Shown: positions 49,901-63,129, counted from the first letter of the stretch. The stretch is DNA of 64,000 nt from Azolla caroliniana (GCA_043228905.1 JBHGNT010000010.1:18042001-18106000); one strand, 5' to 3'. A program made the numbers and translations. The notes: generated by a model not told the origin, from the sequence alone.

Positions 49901-52022
49901 CTTGAAGATCAAGGACCTTTGAGAATCACTCAGCTCAATAAGTGTCAATGTGGAGGATGATGAGATTGTGCAAATATGCGTCAGTGGCCTCGCACCACTG
50001 TTCAACGCAATGAGAACCGTTGTTCTTGCAAGGGAGAATCCTTCCTCTTTCTTCGATCTTCAATCAATGTTGTTGGTTGAAGAAAACCATGTTCGAACAA
50101 GGAGCAACGCCACAGAAGGCCACATGCTTTACTCACACTCAAACGGAGGAAGAGGACGTGGTTGAACAAGAAGAGGCCGATTCGGCCAAGGACGAGGCAG
50201 ACGAGGTCCGACCTATGAAAATAACTGCCAATTTTGGCAAGAAAACGGAAACAATAGAGGAAGGTTCGAAAGAAGGGGGATCTTCCATGCCGGTCCAACC
50301 CGAGAAAACTCAATCGAATGCGGATATTGCGGCAAGATCGGCCACCACGAAGAAGAGTGCCGAAAGAAGAGGCGTGAGTCGGCTTCCACAAGTCGACAAC
50401 TCACCAATTACGCCACCAACTCCGACTATGAAGACCATGGAGGAATGTTCATGATGAGACATAGAGCAAACTCTATGTCGGCTTCTACTTCGACTAGTGC
50501 CTCAAGTTCGGAAGACGTATGGTTTGTCGACTCCAATGCTTCGAATCATATGATGTCTCATGAACAATGGATCCGAGAGTTATGAGAACCGGATCAACCC
50601 GGCCATGTTGAGGGTGGAGATGACACTATTCATCCAATTCGGCACATTGGCAATGTCCCATTCGGGAAAGAGGGCAACCGATCATGCATTAAGAATGTCT
50701 TGCATGTACCGACCATCACGAAAAATTTGGTCTTAGTCGACCAAATTGTAGAGCAAGGCATGCAAGTCCGCTTCAACCAAGTTGGTTGCTTCATCGAGAA
50801 GGAAGGTTGACTCATCGTTTGCGGTCGAACGGAAGGTCGAATGTTCATTCTCAATTCGCACGAGATGAAATCGGCCATGTTTGCCAAAAGGCACCAAAGC
50901 CGACACCGACATAGAGCTATGGCATAAGAGAATCGGCCATGTCAATCTCAATAAACTCAAGGCAATGCAATCGAAAGGAGTCGTCATCAAGCTCCCGATC
51001 TTCAAAGATAAAAGGATTGAAGGCATGTGTGCAGCTTGCCAATTCGGAAGCAACACCAAAACCCATTCCCAAAAGAGAGGAACGTAAGTAAAGGCCTAAT
51101 AGATGTAATTCATTCTGATGTATGGGGACCAACTCAGACAGCTAGCTACATTCGACGGATGCCGATATTACATGACCTTTATTGACGACTTCTCCAGCCA
51201 TGCCTGGATCTACCCCATGTGGCAAAAGAGTGAAGTGTTCGGACAATTCCAAAAATTTAAGAATGAAGTTGAGAAAGCCACGGGTCGGCAAGTTCGATGT
51301 CTTCTATCAGATGGAGGCTAGGAATAATTCTCCGATGCATTCACGACATACCTTCAACAACAAGGAATCCGATGAGAATTTTCGTGTCGACATATGCTAC
51401 AACAAAACAGAGTGGCCGAACGCAAACATTGGCACATCCTCGAAGTAGCACGGGCCGTGCTAAATGAGAAGCACATGTCGAAGTCATATTGGGCCGAATC
51501 AGAAAATATTGCAATCTACCTCATGAACTAATGCACAACATTTGGAGTGCACGATGTTACCCCGCATGAAAAGTACTATGGAAAGAAGCTGGATCTATCC
51601 CATGTTAGGATATTCGGCTCACTTGCATATGTACACATTCCCGACGAAAAGCGACAAAAGCTAGATCCCAAGTTGGAGAAGTGTATCCTCGTAGGGTACT
51701 CATTGGAGCAAAACGGGTACAAGTGCTTCAACCCCTCTACTCAAAAGGTTTGTGTAAGTTGGGATGTTGTCTTTGACGAATCAACATCATGGTACGAACA
51801 TGAGCCGACTCATCCCGAACCATTTCCAGTTGACCCGAACTTGGCCAACCAAGAGATAGAAGATGAAGATCAATTGAGGCATATGTTCGAAGAAAGTCTG
51901 ATCACGACCAAGCTCAATGGGCCACAAGAGCCCCCGAGCAACCAGAGCACACCTTGGCCAAGTTCAAAGATGGACAAAGGCAAGGCCAAAATGCTAGAAT
52001 ATGAAGACGATCAATTCGATGG

Positions 52023-52497
52023 TGTTGAGCGAGCAAGCTCAACATGATCCGGATTGGTTGAATAAGCTAAGAGCCGAATCAGTGTCCTAAGCAAAAAGCA
52101 GGATTGAAGTCCAGAACGGAGAGTCGAATCAGTGTTCGGAACAGAGTGTAACCGGTAGGTCGTTAGAGGCCTATGATCCTAGCCTAGTACGTAGGCATAT
52201 TTTTAGGAGTCAATGTTGGTCGCTCGGTACGAGCATTGAGGTACATGTCAGTACTTCTAACAATCCTTTTAAGGAATTGTATAAAGGTGCTCACTTGAGT
52301 TGTATAAAAGTGCTCACTGAGCACATTGTATGTACAGAGTATTGAGTTTATTTTTGAAATAGATGTTGTGTGTTTTGCTCTCTCTGTCTCTCCCACGTAC
52401 TGTGTATTCTCAAGATTTCCATTAAACCTTGTCTCTGTTTTTTTGATGTTATCCGGCTGAGCTGGTTTGTCTACACTTCCGCACATTAGCTTTTACA
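52023..52497 (+). mobile_element. Solo LTR (475 bp), related to 4093-4520
   Basis: TGTTGAG...TACA; decayed TSD GATGG / AACGG; host sequence rejoins as in the paralog at ~32595. Confidence 0.8.
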
Positions 52498-52987
52498 AAC
52501 GGCAACGAATCCACTCACTCACTCGACAATGAGTTTCGTGGCTTTGATGTGCCTCTTACGAGGTCACCCAGAGTTAAGAAAGCACTCACATCGGCAAATG
52601 AGAAACTATGTCGCTCCACTCGAGAGAAGAATTCGGTTAGCCGATTCGGCTACAATGACTATATGGCATACCACTATGCCTTTATGATGAAGGTGGCAGC
52701 AGTTCGAGAACCGGAAAATTTTCCCGAGGCAACCAAGGATTCACGATAGGTCGAAGCAATGAACGAGGAGATGCAAGCACTATGCAAGAACGAGATATGG
52801 GATCTCGTTTCCCACTCACCTCACAAGAAGGCGATCGGTTGCAGATGGATTTACAAAGTGAAGTATAATGTTGATGTCTCCGTCAACCACTACAAAGCTC
52901 GACTCGTAGCGAAAGGATATGCACAAACACATGGAAGTCGACTATGAAGAGACCTTTGCCCCGGTGGCAAAGATGATGATTGTGCGA

Positions 52988-54580
52988 TGTCGTGATGTTT
53001 TCGACACATAGTGTGAAACCGCCCTCAAAACAGAATAAAATAGTGGTCCAAATAAACTAATTTTCTTAAGTCAACTATAGTAATAAATGAAAGGATAAAA
53101 AGTTAGAAGAGGTTTTCGAAATTAGACAAAAATAGAGATAAAGATGGGAAAAGAAAAGCTAGCCGTGGATATGAGGAGTAAGGTCGAGTAAAAAGCTCAT
53201 AATTTCCTCTTCAAATGTCCAAATTAGAAAAGAAAAGATGCATAAGAAAGCTAACTTCAAGAGCTTTCCAAGAATATATTGCATGTGAAATTGGAGGCTA
53301 GAAAATAGAAATAGTGAGGAAAAGAAAAGTCGACTCATATAGACAAGCTTTTATTTAGGGGAAAAAGGCAAGCAATCCTAAACCTATAAATAAGAGCCTA
53401 TTCTAGTGAAGAAGGGGGGAGGCAGAAGGAACACGGAAGCTCTACTCAATTGGAAAGCGGAAGAAGAAGGATCAACAACATCGAGAGGCATCATCAACAA
53501 AGAAACTCCTTCTATACTCTACTCTCTTCTTTCCTCCACCTCTCTTCCCCCATTCCTTTATAAACAATCCTTCATATTTGCATCCAACCCATTGTAACAT
53601 GATTCTTATATTATAAAAGAATCTATTATATTGATATAAACTAATGTTTTCTTTCATCTACTTGTCTTATGTGTAAATCTTGATTGTGCTTATTTGTTAT
53701 CGTCATTTGTGTGTCTTGTGACAAGGGAGCGTTTCGGGCTTGCCCATGCACCTCTCCTTTCACAAAGGCATTCAAACCTACATGTCTTATATGTTATCGT
53801 CATTTGTGCTTATTTTCTTGTGTGTCTTGTGACAAGGGAGCGTTTTGGGCTTGCCCATGCACCTCTCCTTTCACAAAGGCATTCAAACTTACGTGTCTTA
53901 CGTGTTAGTGTAAATCTTGCTTGTGTGTTCGTGCGACTTGTGGCAAGGGAGCGTTTGGGCTTGCCCATGCACCTCTCCTTTCACAAAGGCATTCGAAATT
54001 GTGTCTCCCGTGTGTAAACCTTGCTTGTGTGTTCATGCGACTTGTGGCAAGGGAGCGTTCGGGTTTGCCCATGCACCTCTCCTTTCACAAAGGTGTTCGA
54101 AATTGTGTCTCCCGTGTGTAAACCTTGCTTGCGTGTTCATGTGTCTTGTGACAAGGGAGCATTCGGGCTTTGCCCATGCACCTCTCTTTTCACAAAGGCA
54201 TTCGAAACTCTGTCTCTCATGTGTGTAAATAAGTCTTTTCCTTGTGTGTTTGCATGTCTTGTAACAAGGGAGCGTTCGGGCTTGCCCATGCACCTCTCTT
54301 TTCACAAAGGCATTTGAAACTCTGTCTCTTGTGTGTGTAAGTAAGCCTTTTCCTTGTGTGTCCGTGTGTAAGCCTTCCTCACGTGCATTCGTTCGCCTTG
54401 TGACTAGGGGTTGATTTGAGCTTGCCCATGAACCTCTCCTTTTCACAAACACGTTCGAATACTTGTGCCTTGTTTGTGTAAATCTTCCTTGTGTTGTGGG
54501 TGTCAGCCCTATTTCCTTCCTGTCCATAACCCCGACGGTTCCGCCTCATGATTCGCACATAATGACGGATTTTCATGACA
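52988..54580 (+). mobile_element. Long solo-LTR-like element (1593 bp) with 4-bp TSD and internal tandem array
   Basis: TGTCGTGA...TCATGACA; flanks GCGA / GCGG; TATAAATA ~53385; host RT rejoins. Confidence 0.85.
53690..54480. repeat. Six to seven tandem units of ~104-113 bp
   Basis: CAAGGGAGC...GCCCATGCACCTCTC.TTTCACAAAGG recurring at ~53722, 53832, 53944, 54048, 54152, 54265. Confidence 0.92.
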
Positions 54581-56923
54581 GCGGACCGTGATTGCACTTG
54601 CAGCACGAAAGGGTGGCACCTCCATCAAATGGATGTCAAGAACGTCTTTCTTCAAGGCGAATTAGAAGAGGAGGTGTACATGGTACAACCACCCGGCTTC
54701 AAATCGAGCACCCATCCAAAAGCAGTCTACCGATGAAAGAAGCCACTCTACGGTCTTAAGCAAGCACCACGTGCTTGACATTCGAAGATAGCACAATATC
54801 TTCATCGAATCGGATTTAGAATGTTGAAATCCGACAACTCCCTCTACATAAGAAGCGATTATGGAAGTTTGATTGTCATCATCCTATATGTGGATGATCT
54901 AGTCATTGGAGGTGAAAATCTAGTCAACGTCAACAAGGTCAAGTCCCTCCTCTCTGGCAAATTCAAGATGACGGATGTGAAGGAGCTCCATTACTTCCTT
55001 GGCATTGAGGTAATTTAGACTATAGTCGGCATTATGATCTCCCAATGGCACTACATCCTCAACTTGTTATACAAGTTCAGGATGATTGAGTGCAACTCTA
55101 TGGTAACCTCTCTCGATTGAAACCTCAAACTGGATGCTGACTCCGGCACGGAAGAGTGCGAGCCGACTCAGTATCGACAACTGATCGGGAGCCTCATCTA
55201 TCTCACAATTACTCGACCCGACCTCAGCTACCCGATCAGTCTCCATAGTCAATTTATGCAAAAACCACGTGACATTCACTTGGATTGCGTTAAGCGAGTG
55301 TTACGATACATGAGCGGCACAATGGATTGTGGCATTCTCTACAAATTAGCCACACCAATTTGACTCAGGGGTACATAGATGCCGACCAGGCCGACTATAG
55401 AGCCGATCGCCAATCGGCCTCCGGATTTGTTTTCTCCTTCGGTTGCAGAGCAACATCCTAGAGTAGCAAGAAGTAGCTGACTGTTGAACTTTCGAGCATA
55501 GAGGCTGAATTCAAGGGCACGGTTGTGGCTGCATGTGAAGCCATATGGCTCAAGAGGATTTTGAAGGATATGGGCATTCCCATCAAGGATCTAACTCCCC
55601 TTTATTACGACAACATGAGCGGTATTTATCTGGCTCAAAACCTAGTGTTCCACGTGCGCACGAAGCATATCGAGGTGCACTATCATGTCATCCGAGAGCA
55701 CGTTCAGGCTGGAGATGTCAACCTTCAACATATCAACATGAATCTTCAGACAACCGACATCTTCACCAAAGCCCTAGGAGCCGACAAGCTTCGGCAATTC
55801 ATGACAGAACTTGGTCCGATTGATGATCCTTGACTTGCCAAGCTTGAGGGGGAGTACAAGGGAGAATCGGATACCCTCCGAACCGGGTACCAACAGAAGC
55901 GGACATAAACCAAAAGGAGCCGATCCAAGTTGAGCTTGAGGGGGTGTGTTGAGAATCCGGGTCAACCTATTCTAGTGTGTGAACACACCCTTTGAGAATC
56001 TATGATCACTCAAAGGTCAAAAGTCACCACTACTCTCTACACATTAACTATGTGTCATAGATCATATTCTATGGCACATAACTAATGAGTTCCATATTCC
56101 CCATGACTAATGAGTCTTCACATTCCCCAAGGTTCTAGAGAGAAAGTGGGCGTTGTAGTGAGTTAATGAAGAAAGAGGGTGACCTTATATAAGAGAGTCG
56201 GTTGTTGCTCCTTGTAATGCAACATTTTTGTACTAAATATTCTCCTTGTTAATATACACCTTCTTCTTGAGTACTTCATTTGTCTCTTATCTATCTTGTG
56301 TCTCGTATCTCTCCTCGCCTTTTCACACACACACACACACACATAACGCACATCTCTTCCGTTGCACAGAATCATATCTGATTCTATAGAACTACCCAAA
56401 GAAAGGATTTCAAATTTCTCAAGAAACCAAATTGTCACATCAATACTTTCTTTAACATTCGTACATATGCTCTTACTTCATGCCTACAAGCAGATGCGAA
56501 AGCATTATGCATATCCCAATTGTGAAGCAATCTCTGATATCTTATAGAGAAGAAAACACTCTCCATCTTTGAACGAGGTTGAATTGTACGAATCACACAA
56601 ACACCTATTGTCTCATTGTCAAATAACATGGCAAACCTTGTTAGATTTGAAAAATGTAACCCCAAATTCGATGAGTGGTCAAACATTGTATGAAATGACA
56701 AGTGCAATCTTCCAGTTGAACAATGCAAAAGAAGCAATTGTTGTTGCTAGTCCATGTCCCTTTACAGCTAACCCTCCATAATTGGGGATATGTACCTTCC
56801 ATTCTTGTTTAGCCTTAGATGGTCGCCATTGAAGAGACTCAAGAGATCAATGGTACAAGAGATTAGTAGTCACTTGTAAAAACACAACCATGTTGTTGTG
56901 GTGTGGTGTGTTGGTTTGATTGT

Positions 56924-56925
<2 letters not shown>

Positions 56926-56975
<50 letters not shown>

Positions 56976-56985
56976 AGGGAGGGAG
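56926..56985. repeat. (GA)n/(GGGA)n microsatellite
   Basis: Direct reading. Confidence 0.95.
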
Positions 56986-57610
56986 TTGGGTTGAAATCCA
57001 ACTGTAAAGATTGAAAGAGTGGTCATTCAACTAGCTCTTGTTGAGTCTTTGTACCTATCTCGTTTCGTTGTCCAAAAATCACTTAACTAAAGTTAGATTT
57101 TGCTCAGGATTACCCTCGAAAAAATATTGGGTTCCCTTGAATCTAGGAGTTGTCACTCGGTTCATTTCCACACCCATGCTTGAGTCGATTGAGTCCGTAG
57201 CATCTGATCGATTTCATTGAATTTTAACCGAACAAGATATGTGGGCTTCAATGGGTAAACAAATGAATAAAAGTGACAACCAACATTTTACTCAAAAAGG
57301 GTGCCTTGGGAAGACAAGGACATGCACATGCGGAAGCATGGTGTGTGCTAAAAGAGGAGGTTACTATTTTTATTTTCAAGGGGCATGTAATTACGATAAG
57401 TCTCAAATCTGGGATGTTAGATACTAATGGTTACTAGTTTCAGTCGACAACCTAAGCAAAGTGGGACCTTTGAACTCTTATCTTATTATGGTCCCAACCA
57501 TCCGTAGGTAAAACCGGCGAGATCTTCGGCAAGAGGAAAGCCCCAGAAAGAAGTTAGAGGGCCCATACCACCTGCCTACCCTCCTAAGGTGGAACTAGCA
57601 CTTGGTGAAT

Positions 57611-58070
57611 AAAAAAGACAAGAGTGCTCATTTTTGCACAAGGTGTAAGTGCTATAAAAAATTTATTTGAGGTGGAAGTGTTGCCAAAGAGTTTTATTTG
57701 AGCTCAGGATGGCGAATCAAGAGAATGTGCAAGACCAATGACAACAAGAGTAAACCTGACCCTTGTCTGTTGGGACGTCGCACCAAAACTCAAGGATTTC
57801 CTCCCAAAACATTTCTTATTAATCTTATAATACCTCTATCCTACCTTTTGCCTTTCTAGCCATAAAAAAGACAAGAGTGCTCATTTTTGCACGAGGTGTA
57901 AGTGCTGCCAATTTTTTATTTGAGCTCAAGAGAGTGTGCAAGACCAATGACAACAAGAACAAACTTGACCCTTTGTCTGTTTGGGATGTTGCACCAAAAC
58001 TCGAGGATTTCTCCCCAAAACATTTCTTCTTAATCTTATAATACCTCTATCTTACCTTTTGCCTTTCTAG
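57611..58070. repeat. Tandem duplication of ~250 bp (second copy shorter)
   Basis: AAAAAAGACAAGAGTGCTCATTTTT...GCCTTTCTAG occurs at ~57611-57859 and ~57864-58070. Confidence 0.88.
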
Positions 58071-60689
58071 ATATTATATACAATGAAAATTTCTTCATTC
58101 CATTTCATGAACATTTGATGTAATATGACATTTTAATAATGCTTACTAAAATTAATTTTGATAAACCATTGTCTTCTTGTGATTCATAATCAATCAAGGG
58201 TCATGCTGGATTTTCCGGCTTAGAAATCCGAACACTGCGTAAAATAGGTGAAATTGCTCAAATTCGTCAAAAAATAGGTTATGGAGCTTCATATAGATGG
58301 GTTGGCAACACTGCGTAAAGGGGTCTTTGTGAGGAATGCAACAGAATCTGTGGAACATGAATCCGAGCTTTGAGCAAAATGTTATGTGAGAAAAACCAAT
58401 TTTCAAATGGCAAGCGGCTAACCAACCATATCAACCCAAGCAGGCCTCCGACATTGAAACCAATCAAAAAATCCTTGGGATCAAATTTGTGAATTCCTGG
58501 AAAATGATTCCTCGACTCTAGGAATCGGAAAATCCCTGAGATCAATGCTTGTTCAATACTCAAAGATTCATTTCTTAGAATCGGGGAATCAACCACATTC
58601 ACGGAAGGGGCCCTCTCTATGAGAAGGCACCTAGTATTTCCTTGAATCGGGAAATCGTGAATACTTGAAAGCCCAAAGGCATTGAGATCTCATGGCTTCA
58701 TGACATCATCCTTGCAACAGGTGATGTCACCCCTACATCATCGTTGCCCTTTCCCCCCTCCCTTCCTTTCACGCTCAATAATCTCAAGACCTTGCCCATT
58801 AATTAAAGAAACACCCACTTTTTCCCCAAATACCCCTTCCACACACCTACACATTCAAACATGCATAAAAACACAAAAATTTACATACAAACACACACAC
58901 ACACACCTTAACATATACACAGTCCCTATACAAACGCATTAGTGGGTGCGTGCGCACACACACACATATGAACATTTATACAAAATTATTATAGATAAAA
59001 ATACAAACATACACATACCTTTCACGTAAATGTATATGTATAAATGTCAAGTTACAAACTTGCAAGTATTTCCAAGCCATAAACACAACAATTCCAGTTA
59101 CCCCATTCTCTTTGGTTCAAGACCCTAGTGTCGCAATTTGGTGCGTCCGAAGGTAAAAAAAAGAAGGAAAAAGGCAATTGGAGAACAACTATAAAGTGTG
59201 AATATAAATGTAATGAGAAATAGTATTAGGCAGTCCAGTGGTTAAGGGCACAAACTGTGTAAATAAGGGACTTGTGCTTGAGTTTCGACTAGTGTAGTTT
59301 CTCTATACTTTATGGAAAGCGGAAGACCAAACATTTAATGTAATCGGCGGGCTCTCTCTATATAAAAGGAAGGATGGGGTGAGAAATGATTTAACTTCTT
59401 CAAATTTTTTGGGCGTCCTTCATTTTGGCGCTTTAAAGTTCCACCCTTTAGAAGTTTTAATTCTCTTCTTCATGTCACTTGGAGAGCTTAGTCTTCTTGT
59501 TCATTTGTTCTCTCCTCGATAGCTATCATCTTATTCACCATTGAGCTCACCATGTGTTGGCGACTTTGAAAAAAGGGTTTGGCCTGCTCCCACACCGGTT
59601 GTTGAAGAGAACACAAAGTGGCCCAATAACATTACTCTGACATGAGGCGTCGTCGTCATCAGCAGTAGTCGTGGTCTCGACGGTTCACTCAACTCGCCTT
59701 CATTGGAAGCTTAGAGACTCTTATTCTTTTGGTTTAAGCAAGTTTGAATCCTCGTAAAAGGCACAACTTTCTTGACAATATTTGGTGAGCCCATATTGTT
59801 GTAAGAAATAACAAGTTTCTCTATCTAATGTATATTTTGAGCCCTTTCTGTGTTGTAGTGCTAATCAAGTGCATCAATACTAATATTGTGGGATTGACGC
59901 TAATCCGTATTAATTTTCCATACGCCATGGTGTGTGCATGTGGGACAGTGAGGAGGGGTAAGCGATTGTCGGCAGGCGAGCCTTTGCATCTTTTCTTTTG
60001 CATCAAGAGCCTTCATCTCCCTCCAACGATTACCTCAAGAGCATTTGCCTCTAGATGTGGTCACCTCCTTTGTCCACCTTTTCAAATGAGTTGTCATATT
60101 ACCTCAATTTGAACTACAGGCACACGAAAAGAATGGGATTTTCATAAAGGAACTTACGGAGGGGATTTAGAGGCCCTTCTCACACACCCTCACATCCTCT
60201 CTAGTTTAAGATCCCGACGGCCCCCCTCAAGTAACATAATACATTGCACAACTTTAAGCCATACAAAAAATGGCCATGATCGAGTCGTCCAATACATAAA
60301 CTCTGAATCTCAACATATTGCCAATGCATTAAATTAAGTATGCTTTGCGCACATTGAACCCCAAGTGTCCAGGTATAGAAGAACCCTTGTTCTTCATCTC
60401 TATCTCTCTCTTTATTAAATTGTAATTAGTTTAGGGTGTTTTGTTTAACCACTCTCTCTCTCTCTCTCTAGAATTGCATGGGAAGCAAGCAAAAAAAAGA
60501 TCCAAAAAAATGCATAAAACCAATATTTTGTTTTCTGGTTGGATGTAAGATATGGAAAAATGGGTTGGTAGATGGGATGCAACACACTTGCTTCTTGATG
60601 CATCACAATATCCCTCTGTAAATGAGGCATTTTTGCAATGCCAATATATCATGATATGGGACAAATGTGGAGGCTCACGCACGCTTCAC

Positions 60690-61080
60690 ACATTATATTG
60701 CACATGTTGCACCTAACTACAAAACCATATTCTTCGTGGAACGGGGAAACTGTACACATCGATACATGTTAGAGCCCATCTTGTTATCTGCCATTCGAAT
60801 TGTTGCTTCCATGCGACTTAGCTCACATGCATTGCAATGTGAGATGGGGCGTTGGGGCACAAGTGATGAGAATGGTTGGCTATGCACAGTTTGCCCTAAA
60901 CAAGTTCAAGAGTCTGAGTATCACACTTTGCCTTTGATTATATTCGACCATGCTTTTCCACACATCTTCAACCAAGCCCAATTCCTTGCACGGATTTTTG
61001 TCACAACCACAATGTGCACTCTTGATTGCATAATATATTCATCGGTAAAGTTCTCGAACATCGAGAGTCGCTACTCACTT
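60690..61080 (+). pseudogene. Non-LTR retrotransposon 3' remnant
   Basis: SMRLSSHALQCEMGRW...LCTVCP..VQESEYH C-terminal zinc-knuckle motif; bracketed by a 20-bp direct repeat (60418-60437 / 61136-61155). Confidence 0.6.
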
Positions 61081-62043
61081 TCACATGTAGCACGTTTAAT
61101 AGAATCTCGCTATCTCTCTCGCGCGCGTGTTGTTTAATTGTAATTAGTTTAGGGTTTATAATAAGTTAGGTAATAATTAATCCTTTACAAGTTCTTTATT
61201 TCTTACTTACCCTAGTGGTAAGTTGCCTAACATTGCTAATCATAGGTCTTGGGTTCGAACCCTAATTCTTTTCTCTCTCAATTAAGAGTCTTTCCCGCCA
61301 TTCCCTTTTATGAACTCTGTTTCTTCTATTTCACTTTTTTGCCCCCCTCCCTCTGCCTCTAATCAGAACAGCTGAGGAAACTTCTCGCCATTCTCTTCTT
61401 CTTCGTTAACAATTCGATGCTCAAAACCATCGAGAGGTAAAGTCTGTCTATCCATAGCCTAGCATTCTCCGTTTTTTTCTGAAAGGAGTTGTTGACTGTT
61501 GATATCAAAAGGAAAGAAAAGAAAAGGTTTAAATGTGGGTTATATCTATAGAAGAAAAGGTTTGACTTTGGGGCAAATGATGTTTGTATATCTACTCTAA
61601 GCTCTGTTTTGTATGTAAGTCTAGCCCGGTCATAGTTTATCGCAATAAGGAATGAATTGATTAAAGAGATGACACTTTGATTATATTCACCTTAAAATCT
61701 GCCTCATCGGAGTGAAACGCAGATTTAAGTAAGAACTAGATGATGGGCTTTAATTAATGAGGTTTTTATATCAACTGTAATCTCTGTTTTGTTTGTTAGT
61801 GTATAAGCAAAAAAGACGTTGTCATTAAATGGCTATATTCTGAATTGTTTCTGATGTTTGTTTATGTCTTCCATTTTAGCAGCACGAGGAGTAGATTAAG
61901 AATTAACGTTTACCTAATGCCGTTTTAACTATAGGAGTAGTAAAACTTGGGTAAAGGTTAACAATGGGGTTATATTATCCTCATCTCCGTTTCATTATTT
62001 GGGTTCTCAATTATTATTGAAATTTGAACCTAAAATCTGTAGG

Positions 62044-62904
62044 ATGTCATATAAAGTCTCTGATGAGGATGTGGAATTAATGAGATGTGTACTTGGCTCG
62101 GGACCATCTGAAATGGATTTAATCCGAGCTCTCCATTTAGCAAAGAATGATGTCAACCTTGCTTTCAATGTACTTTTTGATACCATCGGATACAAGGGAA
62201 CGGAGACTAATGTGAAACGAACGACGGCTGGGTCTGGAGCCCGTGTCCTCACAACATGTCACGAGCAAGTGCCATCTATTATTCAAAATTCCGACACTAC
62301 CATCAAACGAGAACATATGCCCTCTTCTTTGATATCGGATCTTGATATGTTTACAAATGATCATGTAGAGAGCATAAAAGAAGAGGAAAACAGGGGATTT
62401 TGTTTTCCTAATATGCACAATGTTAAGAAGGAACCTATGCCCTCTTCTTTTCCATTGAATCTCAATGCAAGTCATTCAAAAGCAGTTAAAGAAGAACCAA
62501 ACAGGGGAGTTCTCAATCACACATCTCTAAAGGAGGCAGAGGAGGAAAGCAATCACTCAACCCAAAGATTGGAGAATGGAAAGGTTTCTTGTGGATGGAA
62601 AGAGAGTATGGATGTAACTTCCAAAACTTCTGTTCTAGAGATAAATGCAGGAACTTATGATGATGTGTTTGAGTACCACTATGACAAGGATTTCAACAGC
62701 CACAGATGGCTTTTTCTCGGTGAAACTGAGGTATTGGGCTACTCTACGAGCAAAGGTGCAAAGCTTAAACAAGGGGATAAACTCACACTTTCATTCCCAA
62801 AACAACCTGATTATAGCCGGCAAATGTCTAGTGTTTGGAACCGAGGGAAGGGTGTTATTGCAGCTCAGCAGATTGTGAGGTTTGGTACAAATGAAGCAGG
62901 CGAT
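62044..62904 (+). CDS. RAD5: RAD5A-like SNF2 helicase/E3 ligase, first coding exon (CUE/UBA-like domain, start of HIRAN)
   Basis: SEMDLIRALHLAKNDVNLAFNVLFDT and WLFLGETEVLGYSTSKG...IVRF; acceptor AG 62041-62042, donor GT 62905; probable 5' UTR exon ends at 61436. Confidence 0.88.
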
Positions 62905-62995
62905 GTATGTATTATGCATCTTCATTATGTGTGATTTCTCATGTATACAGGGCTCCTTCAGGACTTAAAATGTTGCTGTTTTATAAACTTGATAG

Positions 62996-63129
62996 ATTGG
63001 TCGTTTGCCTGGGGAATGGGCAAAATGCTTGATTCCGTTAACATTGGGTGGGAAAGTGAAGGTTGAAGGTGTATGCAGAGCTGCACCAGAAGTCCTAACC
63101 ACCATGGATACTGTTATATTAATAATTAG
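62996..63129 (+). CDS. RAD5: RAD5A-like coding exon 2 (HIRAN)
   Basis: IGRLPGEWAKCLIPL...KVKVEGVC..APEVL..MDTVIL; AG/GT boundaries in phase. Confidence 0.9.

Larger units (their letters stand above)
37804..56390 (+). mobile_element. Full-length but decayed Ty1/copia element hosting a hAT nest in its 5' LTR and two solo LTRs in pol
   Basis: TSD ACTAC (37799-37803 / 56391-56395); 5' LTR 37804-37887 + 48981-49366; PBS TGGTATCAAAGC 49367-49378; gag-pol remnants ~49524-55833; 3' LTR 55947-56390. Confidence 0.92.

Noticed and set aside
53684-54527. Cys/His-rich repetitive ORFs
   Set aside because: Products of the tandem array inside a solo LTR; frames shift between units.
61999-62043. ORF-track N-terminal extension of RAD5
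   Set aside because: It begins at TTG in intron sequence before the AG at 62041-62042; the likely start is ATG 62044.
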